DNA from: Veleropilina oligotropha
Taxonomy: Eukaryota
Assembly: GCA_048128005.1 (NCBI GenBank)
Contig: JBEUKZ010000111.1
Location: 248,001-312,000, forward strand
Length of the DNA stretch: 64,000 nucleotides
Direction: 5' to 3'
Shown here: positions 39,375-52,960 of the stretch, piece after piece
Position numbering within the stretch: position 1 is the first letter of the stretch
Layout of the letters: every line of letters starts with the position of its first letter
Position numbers and translations under genes: made by a program
The notes under the pieces: generated by a model
Databases searched by the model: none
The model's input: only the letters and a program-made list of their open reading frames with translations
Told to the model about the DNA's origin: nothing

Positions 39375-40320
39375 TTTTTATGCCTGCGCCTACGGCGAAA
39401 GTGCATATTATTTATGTACCGTCAGGCGTTAACACTTTGGTTAAATATTTTTCGTTTATTGTATATGGGTTGTCCAAGGTACGTTTAGTGTATATATTAT
39501 TTGTTATTGGTTATATGGATATCATCTGATACTCTGGTGGTGATATTTAATAAAAGGTAATAATATTGATGGAAATATTATGGTCTTTTTAGACATAGAA
39601 ATTTGGGTGAATTTTAGGTTACATTTTTTTGTGTGCGCTCTACAGTGAAATGTTATATTCCGATTTGATTTTAATTCGGTATGCGTGTTAGTTATGATGA
39701 AGGCACATCACCTAACGATTTTCGTCTTTTTCGGATTCAAGATGACCGCCGTGGTGGCGATTTACTTTAAAAGAGTTTTTTCGTGTGCACTAGTTAAATT
39801 GTTTAATCCGATTTGATTCAAATTCGGTACTGACGTTAGATATGACGAGGACACGCCGCCTAACGATTTTCGTCGTTTACGGATTCAAGATGGCTGCCGT
39901 GGTGGCCTTTTTGAAGAGACGCTGTATAGTGAAAAGTTATAATCCGATTTGGGTGACCATTTTGTTTTGAAGAGATTTCGTGTGTGCGCTCTACAGTAAA
40001 AATATTTAATGCGATATGATTCAAATTCGGTATGGACGTTAGTTATGATGAGAACGCAACATGACAATTTTTGTCTCTTTCGGATTGAAGATGGTCGCCG
40101 TGGTGGCAATTTTGTTTTGAAGAGATGTCTTGTTCTACAGTGAAAAGTTATCATCTGATTTGATTCAAAATTGTTATGCAGGTTAGTTATGATTATGATA
40201 CGGCGCCAAATGATTTTCGTCGATTTTATATTCAAGATGGCCACCATAGTTGCCATCTCTTCGATTGAAATTAAAGTAGTGTCACGTGCAGGTGCATAAT
40301 CGTTGTGGCATAGCACAATC
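39375..40320 (+). mobile_element. Helentron-type non-autonomous element with internal ~135-145 bp tandem repeats
   Basis: 5' TTTTTATGCCTGCGC with inverted GCAGGTGCATAA plus stem-loop at 40286-40319; TTGGTTAAA motif; repeated CAAGATGGCCGCCGTGGTGGC units. Confidence 0.65.
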
Positions 40321-41075
40321 GGCGCATGCGCAGGAGATTGAATAGAGTTATAATTATATTCCGAGACCAGGGGCGATCCACTTGTAAAGTGAACGCATCA
40401 ACAAGGGTTATGTTGGAACTGTATGCGAGTTGATGCCATATCAAAGTTATTCCGTTTTGTATTGCAGAACTCGCTTGACTATCTCTGTAATAATTGGTTT
40501 ACAAGCAGACTTATTTTTTTATTCAACTTGATTTCGCTGCAAATGAGCTAGACGGAAACGTGCGTCGTTCGATGCGCACGCAGTTTGATCATAATTCGGA
40601 TGCACACGGGTTAATATGAAGTTTATCTATGTCGTGTCTGGTTTGCCGGAATAAACAATCATCATCGAACATATGTCATGTGAACGCGCAATCTGGGTAC
40701 TGGTTATATTAGACAGTCATTGCAGAACAGATAATCATCCAAATTATTGTTAATATCTTCATTTCTATTTTGATTTTACTAGTGTATATGTGTGTATGTA
40801 TGTGTGTATGACATTTCTGCCATGAATTTCGTTCATACGCAATAATGGATCTTTTATTATATATTGATATATATCACACATGATAAACCTCGATCTTAAC
40901 TTCACGTTTTACATTATCTTTCACAAACTATTGAAACCCTGGATAATTTTTTTTCCATAAGTAACGTTTTCAGATTTTACTTTCTTTTTTACCTTTTCTT
41001 TTAATTATTATTTATCTATATCTTGTCATTAATGACAAACAATCATGTATATTTTTTTATAAACATGTTAGAATT

Positions 41076-44000
41076 ATGAAACTAGCATGCGCCATTTGCG
41101 CACAACGATCGCATATAAGATGTTTCAAATATAGCATCAATGACAAATCTCTCAATCAGATTTATAATAATTGGTACTGTCTGCCTTGTGTATCTATAAT
41201 AATTCCCTTTAACAGTATCGAAGACGACGATGAATTTTTGTTAGCTATTGATACTTATCAAATTCCATCTGGCATCGATTTCCAAAGTATCAAAAATCTG
41301 CATATTAACCCCTTTAAATTTAATGATAAAAAGTTTACGATAAATAACGAAGATATCGATCAAGACAATAATATATTTTTTCACTCTGCTTTGAATCAAA
41401 GATGCGACTACCTCATTGAGGACGAATTCAATGCTAAAGTTGAAAAAATTTAAGAAGATGAAATGTTTTCGTTGTACATTTCAACTGCAGGAGCCTTAAT
41501 AAGAACCATATGTATGTAACTCAATATTTAGATACCTTGGATCACGCGTTCTCGGTAATAGCTGTAACAGAAACATGGCTCAACAATACTAACGAGGATT
41601 TACAATCAATCAATAATTATAATAATACCTTCCGCTCTCGACGTCTTTCGAAAGGTGGCGGGGTAGGAATTTATGTACGAGATACATATGATTATAAGCA
41701 AAGAACGGATCTTAATTTCTTTGAAGAAGATATCTTTGAATCTGTATTCGTTGAAATCACTCAAAATAAATCGAAGAACATAATCATAGGTGTGATATAC
41801 AGGCCGCCGGGTAAGGATATTCAAGATTTTATTACAAATCTAGATATAATACTATCAAAAGTAAAGAAAGAAAATAAGTTAATATATATCACTGGACATT
41901 TTAATCTTTACTTAATAAAATACGAATCTCATGAATACACAAACACCTTCATGAACAACTTAATGGCATACTCAATATATCCGCTAACCACACGGCCTAC
42001 TCGAATTACTGAAAACTCAACGACTTTAATAGACAATATCTTTACAAATGATATTGTTCATAACATTTTCACTGGCATTCTCTTCACTGATATATCGGAT
42101 CACTTACCAATATTCCAAATAACCAATATGAATACCAACTTAAATGAAAAACCCAATGTCAAATATAAGCACATTTATAACCAGCAAAATATCGATACCT
42201 TTAAGCAAGAACTTGATCAGACTGACTGGGGAGAAACTCATGCCGCTCAGGACGCCAATGAAGCATATGAAATCTTTCTTAAAAAATACAAATCTTTACA
42301 TGACAACTGCTTTCCATTAAACAAATTAAAATCTAAAGACGTGAAACAAAAACCTTGGCTTAGTGCCGCACTGTTAACATCTATCAAAAGGAAAAATAAA
42401 CTTTATAAGCAATATATAAATAAAAGAACGGAAAACACAAAATTAAAATATAAGAATTATAATAATAAACTAACTCACTTGATAAGAATCACGAAAAAAA
42501 CATATTTTACGAATAAACTTGTATTTGCTAATAACAATTTAAAAGAAACTTGGGGGGTTATCAAATCAGTAATTAATAATTGCAATCATTCGAAAGAACT
42601 TGCAAATAATTTCAAGCATAATGATATTGACATAACAGGTGACAACAACATTGCTCAACATTTCAATCGATTATTTACGAACATAGGTCCCAGACTAGCG
42701 GAAAAAATTCCAAAAGTTGAGGCAGACTTTTCCAAATATATGACTAATGATTATCTGAGTTCAATGTTCTTTACACCAGTAACGGAGAATGAACTTGACG
42801 GGATATCTTCTCACATAGTCAAACTATCATCTAAATGTATAATTTCTCCATTGAAAACAATAATTAACTTAAGTCTATCGACTGGAGTTGTCCCCGATAG
42901 CCTAAAATTAGCTAAAGTCATTCCTGCATTTAACAATGATGACGCTTCAAAATTCTCAAATTATCGTCCAATATCTCTGCTTCCAACCTTCTCCAAAATT
43001 CTTGAGAGACCTGTTTATAATCGGCTTCTAAACTATTTTAATTTAAATAATATATTTTATGAACAGCAATTTCGATTCAGGAAAAACCACTCTACCTATA
43101 TGGCGCTTCTTGAATTAATTGATCAGATTACCAATTTTATGGATAACTATGAATTTACAATAGGGGTATTTATTGACTTGTCAAAAGCATTTGACACAAT
43201 AGATCATATAATTTTATGCAAGAAATTGTTTCATTATGGTATCCGTGGCATTACTCAAGAATGGTTTCAATCCTACTTACATAATAGAAAACAATATACA
43301 TCAGTAAGATCGTCTAATTCAACTGTTAGTGACATTAGATGTGGTGTACCTCAAGGTTCCATGCTAGGGCCGTTATTATTTCTTATATATGTCAATGATC
43401 TATCAAACACTTCATCATTGCTAAATTTTATTCTATTTGCTGATGACACCAACATATTTATGGCACACAAAAATTTCCACACAATGATGCATATTATGAA
43501 TGAAGAACTAAAGAAAGTCAATTTATGGTTTAAAATTAACAAGTTATCATTAAACATTCAAAATCAAACTTTATCATATTTTGTTCAAAATGTAAATTAT
43601 ACTCAAAGAATGACTCATCAATCTACATTAACGAAAATGAAGTGAAACAAGTTAGCTTTACCAAATTTTTAGGTGTAACAATTGACGAAAATATTAACTG
43701 GGGGGGAACATATACGGAACATAGGATCCAAGGTATCAAAAAGTATTGGAATTCTATATAAATTTAGGCAATCTCTACCATCCTATATTCTGCCAACATT
43801 GTATTCATCACTAATCTTACCTTATTTTCAATATTGTGCAATTGTTTGGGCTAGCTCTTACTCAAGCATCCTAAATAAAATATTTCTTCTTCAGAAACGC
43901 GCAATCAGAATTGCTTCATCTTCTGGCTATCTAGATCATACAAATCCTATTTCCATTAAACACAAACAATTAAAAATTTATGACATATACAAATTACAAG

Positions 44001-44640
44001 TTGGTGAATTCATGTTTAAATTCTACAATAATCTATTGCCCACTGCGCTTGCTAATTATTTTCAGATGAATTATGATATTCACAAATACGAGACAAGACA
44101 AAAAACTGACTTTCATGTGAATAAGTGTAGAACAAATATTCGATCTTTTTCCATCAAATTTTATGGTCCCCGGTTGTGGAATTCTTTAGAGACATCTACG
44201 AAACACTCATCGTCGTCCTCGATTTTAAAATCAAAACTTAAATCTACTTTATTAAATGAATATTAGTTATAATAATTATACGTTATTGATAATGTTATAT
44301 CTAAAAAAAAAATTCTATGTATATTTTCTTAATTTAAAAAAACAAAAACAACAAAAACGCTTCAATTTATTTAATGCAAACTGTTGTATTTTAGTAAAAC
44401 ATAGAACCAGGTGGTTCTATTTACAAGCCCTCACGGACTTCTTTGGATCTCCTGACCAATTCGTTATAACAAATTATATGATTTACATGTATTACTATAT
44501 CGATTTTCATGTTATATAGTTTGTTATCATTTGTATATTATTATGCATACATGTATTTCCTTAATTAATATATTATATATAGTGTATGTACTGTTATAAT
44601 GAAAAAATGGTAAATAAACAATTATATTATATTATTATTA
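41076..44640 (+). mobile_element. Near-complete ORF2 of an L2/Crack-group LINE (PHD finger-APE-RT), frameshifted
   Basis: PHD-like CAIC..H..C..WYCLPC; APE VTETW, GGGVG, YRPP, SDH; RT NYRPISLL, FIDLSKAFD, GVPQGS, FADD; tail AATAAAC(ATTAT)n. Confidence 0.93.
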
Positions 44641-44681
44641 TAGAACATATTCTCACTTTCTTTGTAGAGAACCAAGGAACC

Positions 44682-47600
44682 ATGAAGCTGTTGATTGTCT
44701 TTGCCTGCGCATGGGTAACTAATGCTATCATTGGAGATACGAATAGCATGCTGCGATTTTTCATGGCCCCGATTTCAGTTAAGAGGCGTTTTACGGACAA
44801 CATTTCGAATTTAGATTTAGATTGTCTAGTAGGTTTGCTAAGAAATGTAAGTCGATTTAGCGATTTGGTCATATTAGATAAATGCGCAAAATCAAGCACT
44901 GTCGTTATTTTATTCAACAGAGACAGTTACAAGGGCCAAATAGTATTATACGATTTGGCAATAATTGATTTCAATGGCATGTGCACAAATCCTTCGATTT
45001 TAATAAGCGATTTCGATTTGAGGGTAGATGAAAACAATTTAAATGATTTGCCTAATCGATTTAGTAAAACAACGTCTTGTATTACACCTGAAGGTTTGGT
45101 TGTCTAATTGTAGAAGCCTGAAATTAAACCTCTGCGCGATGCACCGATGTGTTATCTGCGTATCCGATTAGACAACAAACCCAGACTTCAACCATTGAAA
45201 AAGTAATACACTTTAAAATATTTGATTTATATTAAATTAACCCATTAACCGCTGAGTTTTCTTCGGCCGATTTTTGTAGAATGATCTATACCATATATGA
45301 CAGTTGTTTGGTGGTGTTTTACTTATGGAAATTATATAAAATTATATATTTTCTGAACGGAAATTGAATAATCTTTCTGAAAATCTAACAATTGAAGTCA
45401 TATCTATGATATTTGAAAATTAAAAATAACAAACAAATAATAATATATTTAAAAAAAATGAAAATTTATTATGATATGCAAATGAGTTGGCAAAAATACA
45501 TATTTACTGTTCACAGAATTATATAACATCTCATTTCTATATTATCATCATATTATCTTTCATTTAATACCATAATTTTGAATAATATTCATATTTTCAT
45601 TATTTACGAGACAAATATGAAAATATATACGTTTTTTAAAAATTGAGAACAAAATCGGTAACCACATAAGTGACCAACATACAAATATGTCGGATGGAAA
45701 TATTTCAACAAGCAGATCTGCAATAATATTGGTGTTGTCCTAATTCACATATCTAACAATTGATACCATAAATATTATAAACATCAATGAATTTGACCAT
45801 TAATTTTCATGATTATATCAACAGCAGAATACAATAAAAAGGGATATCCGAATGGTAACATAAACTGTTACATGATAATCGCAAGATAATTTGGATGTGT
45901 AACACTGAAGGGCTTCAAATTAGCATTGTAAATAGTTCAGACCATCATTGTTCAGCTTGCACATGTTGAAACAACATTTTGTGGTATGGACTCGTTGAAG
46001 ATTGTCCAGGGGAGGGGGAATTGCTTCGAGTTGATCGTTGTATTTTAGGATGTGGGAAATCCCCTCACTACTCGTCTACTGCTCTCTAAGGGTGGATGCC
46101 TGTTGCCATCACCTGAAATAGATAAATAAGGCATCAGTTACATAAAATTGAACAATTATTCAAAAATACAATACCGAGGGAGCAAAAACATACCCACGCA
46201 TACATCCGATGCCCACACAATCGACAGAGAAGCATATATAATTATCATATTTATGAATACATTTCATGTAAAATATATATCAAAATCTATTGCAGCAAAT
46301 ATAAGTGGACACAATCTAAATAGTACGAGTCATTCAAATATACATTAGTGAAATACAAAATAAATGACCAAATTTGAAAGGATATATAATTGCAATCTTA
46401 TGTTTAAGACATTAATTATCTCCCCTTTATTTCAATTATTCTTACAAATACCTAATTATGCAACGTATAAAAACAATATTTACCCCAAAGTATGAATATT
46501 ATTGACATCGAATAGTAAATATTACATTTATTCTGAAATATAATACAATGGAATGTATTATTAACATATTTACCTGCAATATAATGACCACGTGGTGAAC
46601 TAGATTGAATATCCTGGGGTCGGAGACGTACTTGCCACATTTCGACGAAATTTCGAGTCTATTCCGAGACGCCCACTAATTATTATCTCCTTTGTATCGA
46701 TATAAATGCATAAAATGTTAACTATACATACGCCATTTTTGTCATTTCCTTGTTCATTGTCAATAACCACTATAGTGCGCGCGCTCTATGAGCGGCAGGG
46801 CGCAACAGGAATAAACTAAGATAAGTTAACTACAACCATACTACGAATCCGGCGAATTAGCCGGATCTTCGAATAATGGGTTAACCCATTTATATGACGT
46901 CATTCAATTTCAGTGGTTTAACTAGCCATATTGTTGTTAAAACACTGTTTTTAAGTTGGTTATGTAACTTGGTGTTGCTGTCCGATCGGAGAAGCCCATG
47001 CTGTTTAACAGATTTTTAACAGACTTGGTGATTCCTCGTAGTCCGCCGGTAGCATTCGGTGTAAGTATTGGCAATAGGGCAGCTTGCCGTATCTGATTAA
47101 CTAAAACGGGATATCGTGGCGCACACGCTTTTTGGAATTTAAATGAACTTTTAATGAACATGCGCTTGTGCATGTGATAAATTAACTGGCATCATGTGTT
47201 GCCCTCGCCCATCTGTATGATGAGGCGTTTTTACTGGCATATTTAATCGATTTGAATTTTATATTTAGATTTAGCATTACGTTATGGTAGACTTACTCGA
47301 AATGTAAATCGATTTTGCCGTTTTGGTCATGTTAGATAAATGCGTCAAATGAAGATACCATAAATAACTTCAATATGGCAGAAAGCCAACAGATATAGCA
47401 TTAAATGCGTATATATATCGTTTAAATAATCATATACCTAGTATTTTATATAGTCCGTCCATGCCGATCAGGGAATTATTCCGACATAATGGATGGAAAT
47501 AGTGGAACAAATATTAAATGTTCACAGACCCGACGTTCCTTTTATGACATATGTCATATTAGTACCACGATCACCATATACGTTTTGTTTCCTATTTGGA

Positions 47601-47860
47601 CATTACGTAACTATTCCCTGTCTTTCCCATCGACGCCATTTTTTCGAATGAAATTTAAGTCGCAAATCGGCTATTCGCTACTCGCCGATATATTTGACGA
47701 TTTGATCATAATCAATTTGAAATGGCATGTAAACAGATAAGCTGATTTTAAAAGTGTATCTCCATTTGAGTGTAGATAAATCAGACTTTTAGTGAATTGA
47801 CTAATTTATTAAATTTATTGATGATAAAAACGCCATCTGCATAAATCCTCCCGAGCTTAT
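44682..47860 (+). pseudogene. Probable secreted/membrane leucine-rich-repeat protein pseudogene, interrupted by a piggyBac-like element
   Basis: Splice acceptor TTTCTTTGTAG just before ATG; signal peptide MKLLIVFACAWVTNA; LRR-like NNLNDLP; LRRCT-like PFEC...CINPPEL at ~47762-47858; multiple stops. Confidence 0.45.
45241..46880. mobile_element. piggyBac-like non-autonomous element
   Basis: TTAA|CCCATTA ... TAATGGG|TTAA; possible decayed Cys-rich C-terminus on the minus strand near 45870-46060. Confidence 0.6.
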
Positions 47861-48405
47861 CTATTTTACGAAGATGATCCGGATTTTATGACAACATTTT
47901 CGTTTTACAATCTTTAGGTCTAGCATTAATGACAACATTTATAACTACATTTAAAGAAAACACCCGTGATTTCACGAATAATAATCCAACCAAACATTGA
48001 CAACAGTCACGATTGTCACAAACCGACCCAACTAACATACGTTACATATATGACAAATTATAATTTTGTAGGTGTTAGTTTTAACTTTCAAGGTGTAATA
48101 TTTAATTTCTTAAATATATGTTTCAATGCCTACATTTCAATTTGAATATACATATGAAGGATGCACAATTACAATTAAAAAGCTAAAATAAGAAATTTAT
48201 CATACATATGAACAATATGGAAGTTTCAAGTTAGCTGTAATAATTATTCCACAAATGGAACTCCATACATGCTATGCACATATTTCATTATCAAAATATA
48301 TAGTTCGCAACCAGTATATATAATGCAAGCATCACGTAATTCGATATACAAAGGTAAAACTATCATTATTTATAAATTGAAATAACAACTTTATTATATG
48401 CGAAT

Positions 48406-50122
48406 CAGGGGCGGATACAGGATTTCTGAAAAGGAGGGGCCGTAGTCTGCTATAGGGTGTCGAAAAGGTTTCGTTATGAAATGTCTTAGATGCGTTCTCC
48501 TGCACTCTAGCATTTATATTGACCACTTTAATTATCTTAAAATTAGACTTTAATGGACAGAATGTATGAGCTAAAATTACGATAAAAGCCAATAATTTTA
48601 GAATGGCTGCAGCATACTCTTCATTGATGTAATTAATGTATGCGTCGAATCTGGCATAAATTCCCCTTGTTTTTATGGCGCGTTATTCTAAAATTTGAAT
48701 TATGTAATACATAATTTATATCTTTAATTCCACACAAAAATGAATGCAAATACGATGTTTTACCTACATTAAGAAACATACATTTCGCCATGTATGTAAG
48801 AGTAAAAGGTTGAATCTAACCTACTATGAAACATGTGTCACACGGAGAACAACTCTACGATTAATGATGCGAAATCTCATCTCCTGCAGTATGACAGTGT
48901 AAATACGACGTTTTGTTACGAACATTTGTTATGAACATTTTCGCCACTATGTATAATAAATATGTTGCAAATTGAAGAAACTTTTGATAATTAACGGCAT
49001 GAAACCCCCTCTCCTGCATAGTGAGAGTGCAAATACAATGTTGTTTACCAACATTTATGGACATTTTCACTAATATGAATATGAAAAGGGCTGCAATTTG
49101 ACATCTACTATGGGCCGCTTCGGCAGCGCCGTGGGTAGAGTGTCCACTCTTAATTCACTGGCTTGATTCCGCTAATGCGAATAGTAGTGGGTTCAATACC
49201 TGGCTGAGGCATTGAAATTTGTTCACGTTATGAATCACAGTTGTCCGTGACTGGCCGAAGAGGGCGGGTTTACCCTGGCGACCGGGATTTCCTCCCGCGA
49301 TAACACGGACATGTCCTGCCTTGAACCTCGATGTTGTAAATATACACGACATTAAGCATCATCCCTCCCTCCACATCTACAATGAAAATTAATATTTCAC
49401 TCGAAGGAAAATTTCGACAATTAACGGTGTGAAACACCTCTCCTGCATTCTGGTAGTGCAAATACGATGTTTTTATGAATATTTTATGAATATTTTCACC
49501 ACCATTGAGTAAAATAGAAGAAAATTATGATAATTATGAAATTATCAAACTCCCTCTCCTGCATTCTGAAAATGCAAATACGATGTGTTTTTACTACCAT
49601 TTAAGACCATTTTCGCTATTATATATGAGTAATTGGTTGCAAATTGACTATGAAATATGTTAACTTTGATAATTAACGGTGTGAATGCCCCTTTCAGCAT
49701 TCTTAGAGTGCAAATACGATGTTTATCATTGTTATGTATGAGTGCATGGTGATAAATCGAGGTTGAAAATTGCTTTGTAGTATAACATTTTCGTTGTGGT
49801 CACAAGGGGTCGTCGATTCTGGTGTCGGAAAAAGCGCGAGAAATTTAAATACTTGACAAAATAGCGAGCAACGGTACGGAACTTCAAGCATTATCGATTC
49901 GGACTTCGAAGACTATCAGACTTGTTAAAAATCTATGTCATTTTTTGTAAATACTAATTTTCATATTAAAAGTATAAAGTTTATATACAAAATAGGTATT
50001 GGGTTTTATCAAAAGTATCATAATGCATCATTTTTATACAGAAATGCAAATTCCACAGGTTCATTCCGCTGACAAAAGGGGGGGCCGGAGCCGGGTCGGC
50101 CCCCCCCCTAAATCCGCCCCTG
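48406..50122. mobile_element. hAT5-like MITE (5-bp TSD) with internal repeats and a nested SINE
   Basis: CGAAT|CAGGGGCGGAT ... ATCCGCCCCTG|CGAAT; repeated AATTAACGG..CTCTCCTGCATTCT..GCAAATACGATG units shared with 37359-37783. Confidence 0.8.
49113..49372 (+). mobile_element. Full-length dominant tRNA-derived SINE with TSD
   Basis: Nearly identical to 38842-39112; ACATCTAC(T/A)ATG flanks both sides (49101-49112, 49373-49384). Confidence 0.88.
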
Positions 50123-50214
50123 CGAATAATGAAGTTGTATATATATCATGAAATTATTTGCATACTGTATACTAAGTTATTATATATATTTAATGTTTTA
50201 ATTAGTTTACATAC

Positions 50215-50580
50215 TTATTGTCTCGCCCCGAAGGGAAAGCGAGACTTATGGATTACATTTTCCGGAGTCGTCGTCGTCGGCGTCGTCGGCGTCTGCGTCG
50301 TCGGCGTCGTCGGCGTCGTGTCATTTTCGGTTAAAGTTTTTCTTTGCATGTGTATGGGTTGCTAAAGGCACTTTTATGCATACATATGCATTGGTAATGG
50401 TTATATGGACAACACCTGATACTCTGGAACTGTTATTGAATGGAATTTTATATAAATAATGCATGAAATTGGTGTTTTCGGTTAAAGTTTTTTCGGTTAA
50501 AGTTTTTCATTGAATGGAATTTTCTGATACATTGAAATATATATTTAAAGGGCGAGACATGTCGGACCGTGGTTCTTGTT
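50215..50580 (+). mobile_element. Short Helentron-type element (HINE)
   Basis: TTATTGTCTCGCCC..GCGAGAC palindrome, (GTCGTCGGC)n microsatellite, GGTTAAAGTTTT repeats, 3' GGGCGAGACA then stem-loop and CTTGTT. Confidence 0.8.
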
Positions 50581-51179
50581 ATTTATATATAATACATTAA
50601 TTTAAATTGTGCTAAGTTATTATATACATTTAATCTGTTTATTCAGTGTTCGTTTTTATTATTTATATATAATTATATGTATCCAGCAAAAATTATCATT
50701 ATTTATATATAATAAAACATATCTATATAATGAAATTGTATGCATATAATGAAACTTGGGTGAGTTCAATTGAGGCAACGTTAGCTGACGTAACCTACGT
50801 TTAATAAAGGGTTTATTGGAATCGCGATTCACCCCTTTGTGAATATTGGAGTTCCATTAAAACAACAATACGGTTATATGTCCTCCATGATTGATTGATA
50901 TAGTTTATTAACGTGACATAGTGTTCTGCGAACCCCCCCCCCCCCCCCCAGCCAAATGGCTTACTAGTCACAAACATTGCATACATATAAAATATGACAT
51001 AATACATATTGGCTTATGTTGTATGTACAGTGAAATATACGTAAATAATACATACAATTGAAATTCAGTAATGTATATACATCTAATATTCCTATAAATC
51101 ATAATGAACATGATTATAACACTTTATATATTCAATTATTCTTAACATTTAAATATCTAACATAAAATATTGATATGGT

Positions 51180-51880
51180 AATTTTATTATTACATATGTG
51201 ATCGGATGAGCAGTCCTCGTCGTATGTAAGTTGCTATTTTTGAAATAAAACCTATATCTGAAGTTAATAAATGCATTTTTGAATAATTATCAAGATTTGT
51301 AAAGGTAAAATCTGATGTATGTATGTATGTATGTTAGTAAATTTGATCTCATTATTGTGTATCTATTACACTCGAAGAGGAAATGCAGTTCAGATTCAGC
51401 AGCATGGAGGTTACATTGGGTACATATTATGTTGTCACGAGGAATGTTAGTGTACCTCCCAGTTTCAATCATGAGTTGTAAACTGTCAGATCGTAATTTG
51501 GCTATAACTGCTCTTGAACTTTTTGATAAATTCATTTTACATAATTTTCTGTTTCAAACGTCTCTTTAATTTTACAATAGTTTTCCATCCTTGACTGTTT
51601 TTGATATTCAATTTTACATTTTGTTTCAAAATGAGACATTAAATGTTGGCGAGCATACGATAATATGGTACCAATGACAGTCGCGAGCATACGATAATAT
51701 GGTACCAATGACAGTCCTCCAGAGTTAAGATCAGTATATACATTTTGAATGTTTATTTCATTGAATATTTTTTTTCATATCAGAACACCAATTTTGCTTT
51801 TTATTGTTAAAATCTAGTAGAAATATTTTCTTTACCAATCTGTTATTGTCCAAATAAATCAACTTAACTTTTTGAGCCCG
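51180..51880 (-). mobile_element. RTE-X-like LINE 3' fragment
   Basis: AKLRSDSLQLMIETGRY..ICTQCNL..ESELHFLFEC zinc-knuckle region. Confidence 0.75.
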
Positions 51881-52960
51881 TAGTGCCGGTACACCGGGAG
51901 TATTCTTATTTTCTCATATGCCGTAGTGCCGGGAATCGAGGTCAGACTGCATTATCGATGGATTGATGACATCGCCAAACAATTTACAGGAACAGAAAAT
52001 GGCGACTAACTTGGTGACGACAAAATTGGAGCTATCTGAAACAGTGTCAACAAACCCGAACAATGTAAATGCGATTTATCCCTGTCTCCTTTTGCAATTA
52101 AATGATATTAGTGTTGAAGACCACACTGATATAACGAAATCCATTGTCATCACATTTAAAAATGCGGATCTATATTTCAGTATCACGCCTTTAAATGAAC
52201 ACATATCAAAGACGGTACATGGGTGAATAATACTTTGGGTAATATTTTACGTCGCCGACGCTCCTTTCCTTCTACAGTAGTAACTATCATATATTTTTGC
52301 TGTATTTGAAATTTTAAAATCATTACTTATGTAGTAACTTATATTTACTTGATTACAACAATCCGAGGTTGTGTTTTAATGTGCGTGTCGTCGGAAATTC
52401 CGGAAAATTGCCTGTCGCCAAACCCGAGTGCACTATTTGATGATCAATAGTTACCAATTTGCGACTTTTATATCGCACATAATTTATTATTATCTGCAAG
52501 ATAATGTCTACTTCTTTATTTTTGTAAACAAAATTTGTAGAACAAAGTAACTTATCTTAAAGAAAATTAGGACATAATATGCGTCGCCAACGACAGTCAT
52601 TCTAGCGAACACGTTATAAAATATCGATGTACGCCTGAAGATTGACACGGGAGACAACTTTGCCAATATAATTTACACGCCATTTCAGTTCCGCATAAAA
52701 ATGTTAAAAGAAAAAAATCCCTAATTATTCCTGTAAAATGTTAGTGTTACATACTTAAAACGTATGAAAATTACTTGTCATTTTAACGCCAGTTAGTATA
52801 TTGGTCACATAAAATAATTATAACATTTTCACTATTTTCATGCTGTGTGTTTTATTGGTTTCTTGTGAATAATGGCAACAGGTATTACTTAGTGACCCCC
52901 TTATCCGCCATAGGACAATAAACACATTAATCGTCACTATAGCGATCGTCATTATAGCGT

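Noticed and set aside
49113..49210. tRNA gene
   Set aside because: A/B-box-like motifs are present, but the cloverleaf is broken and it is fused to a repeated SINE body.
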